Below, piece by piece: positions 28,504 through 38,157 of a stretch of 64,000 bases of DNA. The notes beneath the pieces are model-generated. The model saw only the letters and a program-made list of their open reading frames with translations. It was not told the DNA's origin and ran no database searches. The stretch is from Syntrophorhabdaceae bacterium (GTDB lineage: Bacteria; Desulfobacterota; Syntrophorhabdia; Syntrophorhabdales; Syntrophorhabdaceae): positions 672,001-736,000 of the forward strand of contig OY762209.1 in the NCBI GenBank assembly GCA_963665295.1, read 5' to 3'. Numbering within the stretch: position 1 is the stretch's first letter; every line of letters begins with the position of its first letter. The translations under genes were made by a program, and so were the position numbers.

Positions 28504-31005
28504 ATGAACCGTAATGTATTCGGCACCGGTATCAGCGTTGCCCTGACCGCCGCCTGCGCGGTCAACCCCGCGGTAGCCCAGCAGATCTACGGCACCCCGG
28601 GCTCGCCCAGCTCCACCATGACCATCGAGGGCAGCCAACTGCCGCCTCAGCCCCAGAAGTTCAAGGGTACAATCGGACGCACCGCGGAAGGGTCGAAGCC
28701 ATATTGGCCGGCTCGCGTCGTGCCGCCAAAGGGAGCTCCCAATGTGCTCATCATCATGACCGACGATTCGGGCTACGGGGTCCCAGGCACCTTCGGGGGC
28801 GTGATCCCCACGCCGGCACTGGACCGTATTGCCGCAAACGGATTGCGGTACACCAACTTCCATTCGACGGCCTTGAGTTCTCCCACCCGGGCGGCGCTCA
28901 TCACGGGACGTAATCACCACTCCAGCGGCTATGGGGTCATTGCCGAACAGGCAACCGGCTTTCCCGGTTATGACAGCTTTATTACCAAGGACAAGGCAAC
29001 TATAGGCCGGGTGCTCAGGGACAACGGTTACGCCACATCGTGGTTCGGAAAGAATCATAACACGCCGGAGTTTCAGGCAAGCCAGGCGGGCCCCTTCGAC
29101 CAGTGGCCCATCGGCATGGGTTTCGAGTATTTTTACGGATTCATGGGGGGCGACACAAATCAGTGGCAGCCGAACCTTTTCCGCAACACAACCCAGATCT
29201 ATCCTTTTGAAGGCAAGGAAGGGTGGAACCTCACTACCGCCATGGCCGACGATGCGATCGACTACATGGCACGCATGAACGCGCTCACGCCCGACAAGCC
29301 GTTTTTCGTCTACTATGTCCCCGGCGGAACTCATGCGCCCCATCATCCGACGCCCGAGTGGATCAAAAAAATCAGTGACATGCACCTCTTTGATCAGGGC
29401 TGGAACAAACTCCGGGAGACCATATTCGCGAACCAGAAGCGCCTCGGCGTGCTCCCGGCCAATGCGAAGCTCACCCCGTGGCCGAAGGAGATTCTCAAAG
29501 AATGGGATCAGCTCACCGCGGATGAGAAGAAGCTTTTCATCAGGCAAGCCGACGTGTTTGCCGCCTATGTGGCCTATACGGACCACGAGATCGGCCGCGT
29601 GATTCAAGCGGTCGAGGATATGGGAAAGCTTGACAATACCCTCATCATCTACATTAACGGCGATAACGGCACGAGCGCGGAGGGCCAGATGAACGGCACG
29701 CCCAACGAAATTGCCATGTTCAACGGCGCCAATCCCTCGGTTGAGGAGCAACTCAAATATTTCTACGATGCGTGGGGATCAGACAAAACGTATAACCATA
29801 TGGCGACGCCATGGGCATGGGCCTTCGATACGCCTTTCTCGTGGACAAAGCAGGTTGCATCACACTTAGGCGGCACAAAACAGGGCATGGCGATCTCCTG
29901 GCCCACGGTGATCAGGGAAAAGGGCGGCATCCGCCACCAGTTCCACCACGTCATCGACATTATGCCTACCGTTCTGGAGGCAGCCAAGATCAAGCAGCCG
30001 AAGATCGTGGACGGCATCAAACAGAGCCCCATCGAAGGGGTCAGCATGCTCTATACCTTCGATAAGAAGAATGCGAACGCGCCATCCACGCGCAAGACCC
30101 AATACTTCGAGATGATGGGCGACCGCGCGATCTACCATGACGGCTGGATGGCCGGGACCAAAGTGATGCGCGCTCCCTGGGACGTGACAGCCCTGCCCCG
30201 GGACCCCCTGACCTATCCGTGGGAACTTTACAACCTGAGGGACGACTGGACCCAAACCGAAGACCTTGCGGCAAAGAACCCCGTGAAACTGAAGCAACTG
30301 CAGGCCCTCTTCTGGAAGGAGGCGAAGAAATACAAGGTATTGCCCCTGGACACGACGGTGGTGGCCAGGATTATCACGCCCAGACCCAGCCTGACGGCGG
30401 GCCGCAAGGTCTTTACCTGGACCCGGCCCATCACGGGCGTCCCGAACGGCGACGCACCGAGCGTTCTCAACGCGTCGTACAATTTCAAGGCAGAGATCGA
30501 GGTCCCTGAAGGAGGTGCCGAGGGCATGCTCATCACGCAGGGCGGGAGATTTGCGGGATATGGCTTCTACCTCCTTAAGAACAAACCTGTTTTCGTCTGG
30601 AATTTGATGGACCTGAAGCGCGTGCGCTGGGAGGGGCCCGCGCTCACGCCGGGCAAGCACGTTATAGAGTTCGATTTCAGATACGCCGGCATGGGGGCAG
30701 GCACCATGGCCTTCGGCAGCTATGCCGGACTCGGTCGGGGCGGCACGGGCGTGCTGAAGGTGGACGGCAAGGATGTCGCCACTGAAAGGATGGAACACAC
30801 CATCCCTTTCATTCTTCAGTTTGATGAGTCTCTCGATGTAGGATCAGACACGCTGACCGGCGTTAACGACGCGGACTACAAGCCTCCCTTCAAGTTTACC
30901 GGGAGGATCGACAAGGTTACGCTCACCATCGACAGGCCTCAACTCTCGCCTGAGGATATCAGGAAACTGGAGGCGGCGAAACGCAACAACAAGGTAAGTG
31001 AATAG
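28504..31005 (+). CDS. Exported arylsulfatase (Ser-type) with C-terminal LamG-like domain
   Basis: Signal peptide; PNVLIIMTDD; SSPTRAALITGR; FGKNH; GDNG. Confidence 0.93.
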   Translation: MNRNVFGTGISVALTAACAVNPAVAQQIYGTPGSPSSTMTIEGSQLPPQPQKFKGTIGRTAEGSKPYWPARVVPPKGAPNVLIIMTDDSGYGVPGTFGGVIPTPALDRIAANGLRYTNFHSTALSSPTRAALITGRNHHSSGYGVIAEQATGFPGYDSFITKDKATIGRVLRDNGYATSWFGKNHNTPEFQASQAGPFDQWPIGMGFEYFYGFMGGDTNQWQPNLFRNTTQIYPFEGKEGWNLTTAMADDAIDYMARMNALTPDKPFFVYYVPGGTHAPHHPTPEWIKKISDMHLFDQGWNKLRETIFANQKRLGVLPANAKLTPWPKEILKEWDQLTADEKKLFIRQADVFAAYVAYTDHEIGRVIQAVEDMGKLDNTLIIYINGDNGTSAEGQMNGTPNEIAMFNGANPSVEEQLKYFYDAWGSDKTYNHMATPWAWAFDTPFSWTKQVASHLGGTKQGMAISWPTVIREKGGIRHQFHHVIDIMPTVLEAAKIKQPKIVDGIKQSPIEGVSMLYTFDKKNANAPSTRKTQYFEMMGDRAIYHDGWMAGTKVMRAPWDVTALPRDPLTYPWELYNLRDDWTQTEDLAAKNPVKLKQLQALFWKEAKKYKVLPLDTTVVARIITPRPSLTAGRKVFTWTRPITGVPNGDAPSVLNASYNFKAEIEVPEGGAEGMLITQGGRFAGYGFYLLKNKPVFVWNLMDLKRVRWEGPALTPGKHVIEFDFRYAGMGAGTMAFGSYAGLGRGGTGVLKVDGKDVATERMEHTIPFILQFDESLDVGSDTLTGVNDADYKPPFKFTGRIDKVTLTIDRPQLSPEDIRKLEAAKRNNKVSE

Positions 31006-31086
31006 AGCATGGTGACGACCCCGAAGGTAACGATTGCCCCGGGGTCGTCTGCTTCTTTGTGCCAATCTGAGATAAAGGGGGACTGA

Positions 31087-31398
31087 ATGGCAGGGATGTG
31101 TTGGCTGAAGACTGTATTCGCGGTAGCGGCAATGGTGGGCCTCTCCCTTCCGCTACGGGCGGAGCCGCCTCTCATGCGGATGACCACCCCGATTCCGCCG
31201 GGCATCGCATCGCCCCACAAGGTGGAGACGCGCCTCGACACCCTCAATTTCTTTGACGGTTTCCGGGACCGCGCCACAGTGGACAAGCTCTACGACAACC
31301 TCGATTTCCAACGGGCCGTCCAGACATACCTGTTTGCACTGCCTGTCGTGAGTCAGGCGGCCCCGAGCCGACTGAATGATGCGGGTTTTGCATCGTAG
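31087..31398 (+). pseudogene. Truncated DUF1254-like protein (N-terminus only)
   Basis: Signal peptide plus TTPIPPGI...ETRL-x-TL-x-FFDG...LYDNLDFQRAVQ, then an abrupt end. Confidence 0.65.
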
Positions 31399-32697
31399 AT
31401 GAGACGCATGAGCGACGGGAAGAAGGAAAAGAGACCCAAAAACGGACTTCAGGGTATCCACATGGTGGCGAAACCCATAGGCCCGCGCTGCAACCTCGAC
31501 TGTGAATACTGTTTCTATCTGGACAAGCAGGCCCTCTTCGGCCCCGACGAGAGGTATCGCATGCCTGACGAGATATTGAAGGCATATATCACCGGTTATA
31601 TCACGGGCCAACCCACGCCCTTCGTGGAGTTCGTGTGGCAGGGCGGAGAACCGACCCTGCTCGGCCTCGATTTCTTCAAGAGGGTAGTGGAACTGCAGAT
31701 ACCGTTTCTCGCGAGAAAAACGGTATCGAATTCCCTGCAGACCAACGGAACGCTTCTCACGGACGAGTGGTGCGCCTTTCTCAAGAAGCACCACTTCATG
31801 GTGGGACTCAGCCTTGACGGTCCGCGGAATATCCATGACCGGTACCGCCGCGACCGCACGGGGGCAGGTACGTTCGACCGGGTCATGAACGGCCTCAGGC
31901 TCCTGCAAAAACACGGGGTTGAATATAACATTCTCGCCTCCGTCGCCCGTGAGACGGCAAAGCATCCCCTTGAAGTCTATCGGTTCTTCAAGAATGAGGG
32001 GGTGGAGTTTATCCAGTTCTCGCCCGTGGTGGAGCGTGGCGCCGACGCGTCGGGGATTGCAAAGGGTTTCAGGCTCGCAGGTCCGGCCGCTTTGAACGGA
32101 GAGGAACAGATGACGGAGGTGACGCCGTGGTCCGTAACACCTTCGGAGTATGGCGATTTTCTTATTGATATCTACGAGGACTGGGTGCGTCACGACGTGG
32201 GAGGCACCTTCGTGATGAACTTCGAGTGGGCCCTCAACGCGTGGATCGGCAACCCTTCGCCGGTCTGCGTCCATGGGGAAACCTGCGGCCGGTCGTTGAC
32301 CATCGAGCACAACGGTGATGTCTATGCGTGCGATCACTGCGTCTACCCGCAATACAAGTTAGGCAACATCAGGACCCACAAACTGGCCCGGATGGCGGAA
32401 AAGTCGGTCCGGACCGGGCTGGGAGCGGCCAAGAAGACCGCCCTGCCTGCGCGATGCAGGGAATGCGAGGTCCTCGCCGCCTGCCGGGGAGGATGTCCGA
32501 AGCACCGGTTTGAAACGACTTATGACGGTGAGCCCGGTCTCCATTACCTTTGCGAGGGATACAAGAAGTTTTTCCTCCACATCCGGAAATACTGTCACGC
32601 CATAACCCGGTTGCTTGAAAACGGGCTTCCCCCGTCCCGCATAATGGACGCTATGAAGGGACCTCTCGTGATCAGGAGGAAACAACATTGGAAATAA
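31399..32697 (+). CDS. Anaerobic sulfatase-maturating radical SAM/SPASM enzyme (anSME)
   Basis: KPIGPRCNLDCEYCFY; WQGGEP; YACDH; CRECEVLAACRGGCPK. Confidence 0.94.
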   Translation: MRRMSDGKKEKRPKNGLQGIHMVAKPIGPRCNLDCEYCFYLDKQALFGPDERYRMPDEILKAYITGYITGQPTPFVEFVWQGGEPTLLGLDFFKRVVELQIPFLARKTVSNSLQTNGTLLTDEWCAFLKKHHFMVGLSLDGPRNIHDRYRRDRTGAGTFDRVMNGLRLLQKHGVEYNILASVARETAKHPLEVYRFFKNEGVEFIQFSPVVERGADASGIAKGFRLAGPAALNGEEQMTEVTPWSVTPSEYGDFLIDIYEDWVRHDVGGTFVMNFEWALNAWIGNPSPVCVHGETCGRSLTIEHNGDVYACDHCVYPQYKLGNIRTHKLARMAEKSVRTGLGAAKKTALPARCRECEVLAACRGGCPKHRFETTYDGEPGLHYLCEGYKKFFLHIRKYCHAITRLLENGLPPSRIMDAMKGPLVIRRKQHWK

Positions 32698-32830
32698 CGG
32701 AAACCGCCGTGGGCCGGAAGATAAAGGAACGGAGGGACGCGGGCGGCATCGCGCTCTATGCAATCAGATACAGGTTTTAAAAGGAAAGGCATATATACCG
32801 TACAACATCAAACCAAGGAGGAAAGGAACT

Positions 32831-33502
32831 ATGAAGCTCACAGCAAAAATGGTCGTGGTCATGGCGATAGGGCTTGCCCTGATGATAAGTGCGGGGTGCG
32901 CATCGGGACCAAAGCATTCAGGGTTTCTCGGGGAATATACCCGGAACCTGCAACCCGGTCCCGAGGGCGGGGCGAAAGAGCTCTGGCTCAAGCCGGGCGT
33001 CAATTGGGCGAAGTACGATAAGCTGATGATCGACAGCGTTGTTTTCTTCGTTGCCGACGATTCGGAATACAAAGGTATCGATCCGCAATTCATGAAAGAG
33101 ATGGCGGATAAATTCAACCAGACCCTTATCGACACCCTGAAACCCAGCTACCCCATAGTCGGTGAGCCGGGACCCGATGTGGGCAGGATCCGTTTCGCCA
33201 TCACCGGTATCGAGCAAAGCAGGCCCGTTTTGAGCGGAATCACCACCATTGTTCCGGTAGGCCTTGCGATCAACGTGGTAAAGAGGGGCACGACAGGTAC
33301 GTGGACGGGCTCGGGTGCGACGAGCGCCGAGCTTATGGCGCTTGACTCAACGACCAACGACGTGATTGCGGTGGCGGCCGACCAGAAGTCGGCGGGCTTC
33401 ACCGAAAGGTTCACCAAATGGGGCTCGGCCGACGATGCTTTCAAGTTCTGGGCCGGAAGGATAAAGACGTTCCTGGATAGTTTTCGCCCGAATAAACAGT
33501 GA
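32831..33502 (+). CDS. DUF3313-like lipoprotein
   Basis: Lipobox SAGC; SGFLGEY...L-x-PG...RIRFAIT. Confidence 0.75.
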   Translation: MKLTAKMVVVMAIGLALMISAGCASGPKHSGFLGEYTRNLQPGPEGGAKELWLKPGVNWAKYDKLMIDSVVFFVADDSEYKGIDPQFMKEMADKFNQTLIDTLKPSYPIVGEPGPDVGRIRFAITGIEQSRPVLSGITTIVPVGLAINVVKRGTTGTWTGSGATSAELMALDSTTNDVIAVAADQKSAGFTERFTKWGSADDAFKFWAGRIKTFLDSFRPNKQ

Positions 33503-33762
33503 AAGGGGCCATGGAATATCCCATGCTGAAAAACCGGGAGGCGCGACACGAAGGAAGTGCGGAGGGCTCAATCCCTGTAAACAGGTAGCGGCCGGCGGAG
33601 AGTGCCGAAGACGCTCCGGGAGGGGGATTTTCCACCTCATGGTCTGCTGCGTAAAAAAAGCAATCTTGCGCTTTGCCGGGCCTTATGATACGCCTTTACA
33701 GAGCCGATAATACCCTGAACGTCCGGGCACGAAGGGTGCATCCGCAAGGGAGGGGAGAGAAC

Positions 33763-36700
33763 ATGACATATTTCACGAGAAAAAATCCGGGGATGATTAT
33801 GGGCGCATGGGCCGGCCTTTCCATCTTCCTTGTTTCGGCGTTCGCCTCCCCGTCTTTTGCCGCCCCCTACCAGGACACCATTGCCGAAGGGCGGGCCGCG
33901 GCAGCGGCGGTTATGGATTCCACCGGCGCCTCGTCTATCTCTTTGGCCCTTGTCGATGGGGAACAGGTGGTGTGGGCGGAGACCTTCGGCCTCGCAGACA
34001 GGGAGTCAAAGACCGCGCCCACCACGGACACCATGTACTGCATCGGCTCCACGAGCAAGCTGCTTGCCGCGGTGGCAGTCATCAAACTCGTGGACCAGAA
34101 GAAAGTGTCCCTTAACGCGCCCCTTACACGGTACATTCCATCCTTCTCCATGGCCGTTCCCGGATACCGCTACGGGCTTATCACCGTCAAGGACCTCCTG
34201 AACCACTCCGCAGGGTTCCCCGGCGGTGATTATCGCAACAGCGAGACCGCCTCCCCTGTGCCGGGCTATTCCGCCCAGGTGATGGAAACCCTCAAGGACC
34301 AGCGCCTGAAGCACCCGCCCGGCTTCATGAATGTCTACTGCAACGACTGTTTTACCCTGGTCGAACAGCTCGTCCTCGCCGTTACGGGCAAGACGTACGA
34401 CCGGTTCTTGGAGGACGATATTTTTGCCCCCCTCGGCATGACTCACAGCCGTTACCCCACCGATTACTTCACCGACGGCACCTTCGCGAACAGGTATTCC
34501 GGCGACACACGGCTTCCCCAGCTCTTTCTCAACGCCTTCGGTTCCGCAGGGCTCTATGCCACCCCCACGGATATGGCAAAGGTGGCCATGATGCTTATGA
34601 GAGAAGGCAAAATGGGCGGGACACAGTTCCTCTCAAAGGGCTCGGTCCGCCAGATGACCACGGACCAGACGACCTCGGATTTCAACCCCGTCAAGTCCTA
34701 TGGCTGGAGTTACGGCCTCGGCCTGGATGCGGTTCACCAGCCGGGATTGAAAGCAGTTCATAAACCGGGTTGGGCAAAAGCAGGGGATACCACCCTTTAC
34801 GCCTCGGAGATCATCCTCGTCCCCTCCGAAGGGTTGGCCGCAGTGGTCATGGGGGCTTCCGGCGCCTTCGGTTCGGATTCGGCCAAAATCATTGCCGAGA
34901 GGATATTACTTCGGGCCCTTGTGGAAAAGGGACGGATTCCGGCCATGCCCACGCCCTTAAGCCTCTCCCCCCTCCCGGTGAAGAAGCCCTCCGCAAGGCT
35001 CCTTGCAGCCATGAGCGGCTATTACGCGAGAAGCGGGGCCCTGTATAGGGTTGAGCCCGGGACGGACGACTCCCTTACCATCAGGGTATGGAACACGGGC
35101 GGGCAAGACTGGCAGGAATGGAAAAGCGCCCTCAAACTCCGTAACGACGGCCGCTTCGCGAGCGACGCCGACCCTGCCACCGCCTTTTCGTGCAAGACCG
35201 CAAAGGGGCGGCAGTACCTTGTGATGCGCTCCCTGCAGGGGTACAGCCATTACCAGGACGACTCCCTTTACGCCCAGAAGGTTGCAGGTGAAGGAGCCTT
35301 GCCCGCTCCATGGTCTGCCAGGATCGGACGCACATGGCTCATGACCAACGATAACCCCGAAGGCCCCCTCTGGAAGATCCCCGCCATGCGTTTGCGCACC
35401 GTGGATAACATGCTCTTCGCCGATTGTGTTCTGGGGTTCCAGGTCGTGGACCCCCATGTCAGCGACACACGGGCGGGTATGGTTCTCCTCATTCCCCAGG
35501 AGGCGGGCAGAGACCTTAACGACGTGGTTATCGACAGCAGGTCGGGAGAGGAATGGATACGCTACGGAAGCTACCTTTTCCGCCCTCTGGAGACGGTGAC
35601 AGCCTTGAGCGACGGGGACAACACGGTCACCATCGACGCGGACGGGCTTGCGCAGTGGCGCTCCCTCAACGTGGAAACATCGAAGAGACTGAATATCGTC
35701 ACGAACGGACGATGGCGGATCTACGACAGCGACCTCACGCAGGTAGACACGGGGGACGGCGCAAAGGCCGTGACCTTTGCCGCAGGCCGGTATTACCTGA
35801 TCTTTCACTCCGACGCCCTGGTCAGCCCTTCCGGCCTCACTGCGTTACAAACCATGATCGACAGGTCCGTGTCGGACGACGGCGTGCCCGGCGCCATCCT
35901 TGCCATCCGCAGGCCGGAGGGTACATGGGTAGGTGCGGCAGGAAAGGCGAGCCTCGCCTCGGGAGCGGCCATGACCCCCGACATGCAGGTCAGGCTTGCG
36001 AGCGTAACGAAATCCCTTACCTCCATCCTCGTCATGAAGCTCGTGGAGGCGAATATCCTGAGCCTCGACGACACGGTCGAGAAGTGGCTCCCCGGCCTCA
36101 TTCCGGACGGCTCCTTGATGACCGTGAAAATGCTCCTCTCCCACAAGGCGGGCGTCTACAATGTAACGGAGTTGACGCCTTTCTGGCTCAAGCTTCTTGA
36201 GAACCCCGGGAAAACCTGGGAGTCCTCCGAGATCCTGGACATGGTCCGCAGCCTGACCCCCAGGTTCACCCCGGGCACCGACTTTTCCTACACCAATACG
36301 GGCTACTATGTCCTGGGCATGATCGTGGAGGCGGCCACGGGAAAGACCCTGTCGGAAGAGAGTGAGAACCGGGTCTTCGCGCCTCACGGACTGACCCGGA
36401 CCCGCCTCGCCCGCAACGGTTTCATGGACGAGCCCCGAAGTCACGGACATACATGGCTGCCCACCACGGAGACAGTGGTGGACAACACGGACTGGAACCT
36501 GTCCTGGGACTGGACGGCAGGGGCCGCGGTTTCAACCGGCACGGACATGCTGAACCTCGCGACCGCCCTCTTTTCGGGCGCCATCGTAAGCCCGGTGACC
36601 CTGGAGCTTATGACCACGCCCTCAGAGCCGGGCGGGTACGGCCTGGGAATCGGCAAGACCACGGATACGAGCGTATTCAACGCCACTCTCATCGGCCACA

Positions 36701-36879
36701 CCGGTGAAAACCCCGGCACGGTGTCTTATTGGTATCACTTTCCGGACTATGATACGACCATATTCCTCGCCGTCAACAGGAGCGATACCAGGATCAGCGC
36801 AGAGACGAAGGTCCCGGTCGAGGCGAGCGTGATAGCCAGCCGTATTTTCAGGAACGCATGGGCCCTCGTCCGTCCCTGA
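33763..36879 (+). CDS. Secreted serine hydrolase with two beta-lactamase/PBP-like domains
   Basis: Domain 1 STSK/YCN/KAG; domain 2 SVTK/YTN/HTG. Confidence 0.85.
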   Translation: MTYFTRKNPGMIMGAWAGLSIFLVSAFASPSFAAPYQDTIAEGRAAAAAVMDSTGASSISLALVDGEQVVWAETFGLADRESKTAPTTDTMYCIGSTSKLLAAVAVIKLVDQKKVSLNAPLTRYIPSFSMAVPGYRYGLITVKDLLNHSAGFPGGDYRNSETASPVPGYSAQVMETLKDQRLKHPPGFMNVYCNDCFTLVEQLVLAVTGKTYDRFLEDDIFAPLGMTHSRYPTDYFTDGTFANRYSGDTRLPQLFLNAFGSAGLYATPTDMAKVAMMLMREGKMGGTQFLSKGSVRQMTTDQTTSDFNPVKSYGWSYGLGLDAVHQPGLKAVHKPGWAKAGDTTLYASEIILVPSEGLAAVVMGASGAFGSDSAKIIAERILLRALVEKGRIPAMPTPLSLSPLPVKKPSARLLAAMSGYYARSGALYRVEPGTDDSLTIRVWNTGGQDWQEWKSALKLRNDGRFASDADPATAFSCKTAKGRQYLVMRSLQGYSHYQDDSLYAQKVAGEGALPAPWSARIGRTWLMTNDNPEGPLWKIPAMRLRTVDNMLFADCVLGFQVVDPHVSDTRAGMVLLIPQEAGRDLNDVVIDSRSGEEWIRYGSYLFRPLETVTALSDGDNTVTIDADGLAQWRSLNVETSKRLNIVTNGRWRIYDSDLTQVDTGDGAKAVTFAAGRYYLIFHSDALVSPSGLTALQTMIDRSVSDDGVPGAILAIRRPEGTWVGAAGKASLASGAAMTPDMQVRLASVTKSLTSILVMKLVEANILSLDDTVEKWLPGLIPDGSLMTVKMLLSHKAGVYNVTELTPFWLKLLENPGKTWESSEILDMVRSLTPRFTPGTDFSYTNTGYYVLGMIVEAATGKTLSEESENRVFAPHGLTRTRLARNGFMDEPRSHGHTWLPTTETVVDNTDWNLSWDWTAGAAVSTGTDMLNLATALFSGAIVSPVTLELMTTPSEPGGYGLGIGKTTDTSVFNATLIGHTGENPGTVSYWYHFPDYDTTIFLAVNRSDTRISAETKVPVEASVIASRIFRNAWALVRP

Positions 36880-36922
36880 GGGTCCTTTTCTCCAGGGCGC
36901 GGCCTCTCCACCCGGGCAATCG

Positions 36923-37825
36923 TTACGTCTTCCCGGTCAAAGCGTGGGCGGGCATGGTCCTGTTTGATGACAGGGCGGCTCCCGCGTTGGTGATGGCGAT
37001 GATACCCGCAGCGACCTCGGCCGGGAAGGTGGCGACCGTTTTCGCGCACGCCCTCTCGGGACTCATGCCCGCGGCCATGAGGTCATAGACGGCCCTCGCC
37101 GTCATGCGCCTCACCATTTCTTCCCCGAGGCCCGTCACCCCTACCGCCCCTGCGGGACCTGCGTAGAACCCGCACCCTATCATGGCCGTGTCCCCCACCC
37201 TCCCGAGAAGCATGGGCGACGCCCCTCCCGTCGAGCTTGCCACGGCGAAGAAGCCTCTCCTGTCCATAGCAACCGCCCCCACGGTGTCGCAGAGAAAGGA
37301 ATCCCCAGGGACGGTATCGAAATTCCAGAGCTCTGCCGCATCATGACCCTTCCAGTGGGGGTATTCATCTTCCCATTGCCCTGCCCCCATGATCTTTCTG
37401 ATCCTCTCGTACCGGGAGCGCACCGCATCGGGAATGGGCCCCACGGCCTCGAAGCCCTCCTTTGCCGCGAAATTGGCCGCTCCCTTGCCCGAGAGGGCCA
37501 CATGGGGCGTGGTCGTGACCGCCCGCGCCACGAGAACGGGGTTTTTGATCCCCTCCATGGAGATTACTACGCCCACGTTCCCGCGGGAGTCCATCACCGC
37601 CGCATCCATTTCTCGGGTCACGCCGTCAAGACGGAGTACGGACCCCTTGCCCGCGTTAAATCTCCCGTCGTCCTCCATGATGCGGACCGCCCCGGTTACC
37701 GCGTCGAGGGCCGTGGCCCTGTCTTTGAGCATGGCAAACCCGAAGGCGCAGGCCCTCTCGCAGCCCTCCGTCAATATGTCCGGCGCGCCCGCGCCCCCAT
37801 GCACCACGATCCCATACTCTATCAT
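36923..37825 (-). CDS. iaaA: Isoaspartyl peptidase/L-asparaginase (Ntn hydrolase)
   Basis: VHGGAG; FNAG-x-GS; MDAAVM; D|TVGAVA; STGG; GRVGD. Confidence 0.9.
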   Translation of the reverse strand: MIEYGIVVHGGAGAPDILTEGCERACAFGFAMLKDRATALDAVTGAVRIMEDDGRFNAGKGSVLRLDGVTREMDAAVMDSRGNVGVVISMEGIKNPVLVARAVTTTPHVALSGKGAANFAAKEGFEAVGPIPDAVRSRYERIRKIMGAGQWEDEYPHWKGHDAAELWNFDTVPGDSFLCDTVGAVAMDRRGFFAVASSTGGASPMLLGRVGDTAMIGCGFYAGPAGAVGVTGLGEEMVRRMTARAVYDLMAAGMSPERACAKTVATFPAEVAAGIIAITNAGAALSSNRTMPAHALTGKT

Positions 37826-38157
37826 AGTCCCCTCCCTGTCGGTTGCCCGCGTGATATAAATGTTCTACATTCTCGCCGCATCCTTTTCAAGTGCTTCGGG
37901 GCGCGGACGCCGCGGTCCGCTCCGGTCCGGCGTCGGCGGATATTTTTCATTTTTTAAATTGCCTTTACATAATTCGAAGTATTTTTCAACCCTTCCCGCG
38001 GAGAAGTATGGGGGCGCATCGCTAATACGCGGAAATGGCTCACTATTCTTCCTCCGTATTCATGGCATATGATTTGCGAAGATATCAGTAAAAGCGGTTG
38101 CACCTGATTACCGGAAACCCCTTCAAAAAAGGGCATCTTTTCTTTTTGTGGTTGGCC

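Noticed and set aside
33510..33660. Possible riboswitch (GGAGAG...CCGAAG, glycine-like)
   Set aside because: Other conserved elements are missing; an Infernal/Rfam scan would be needed.
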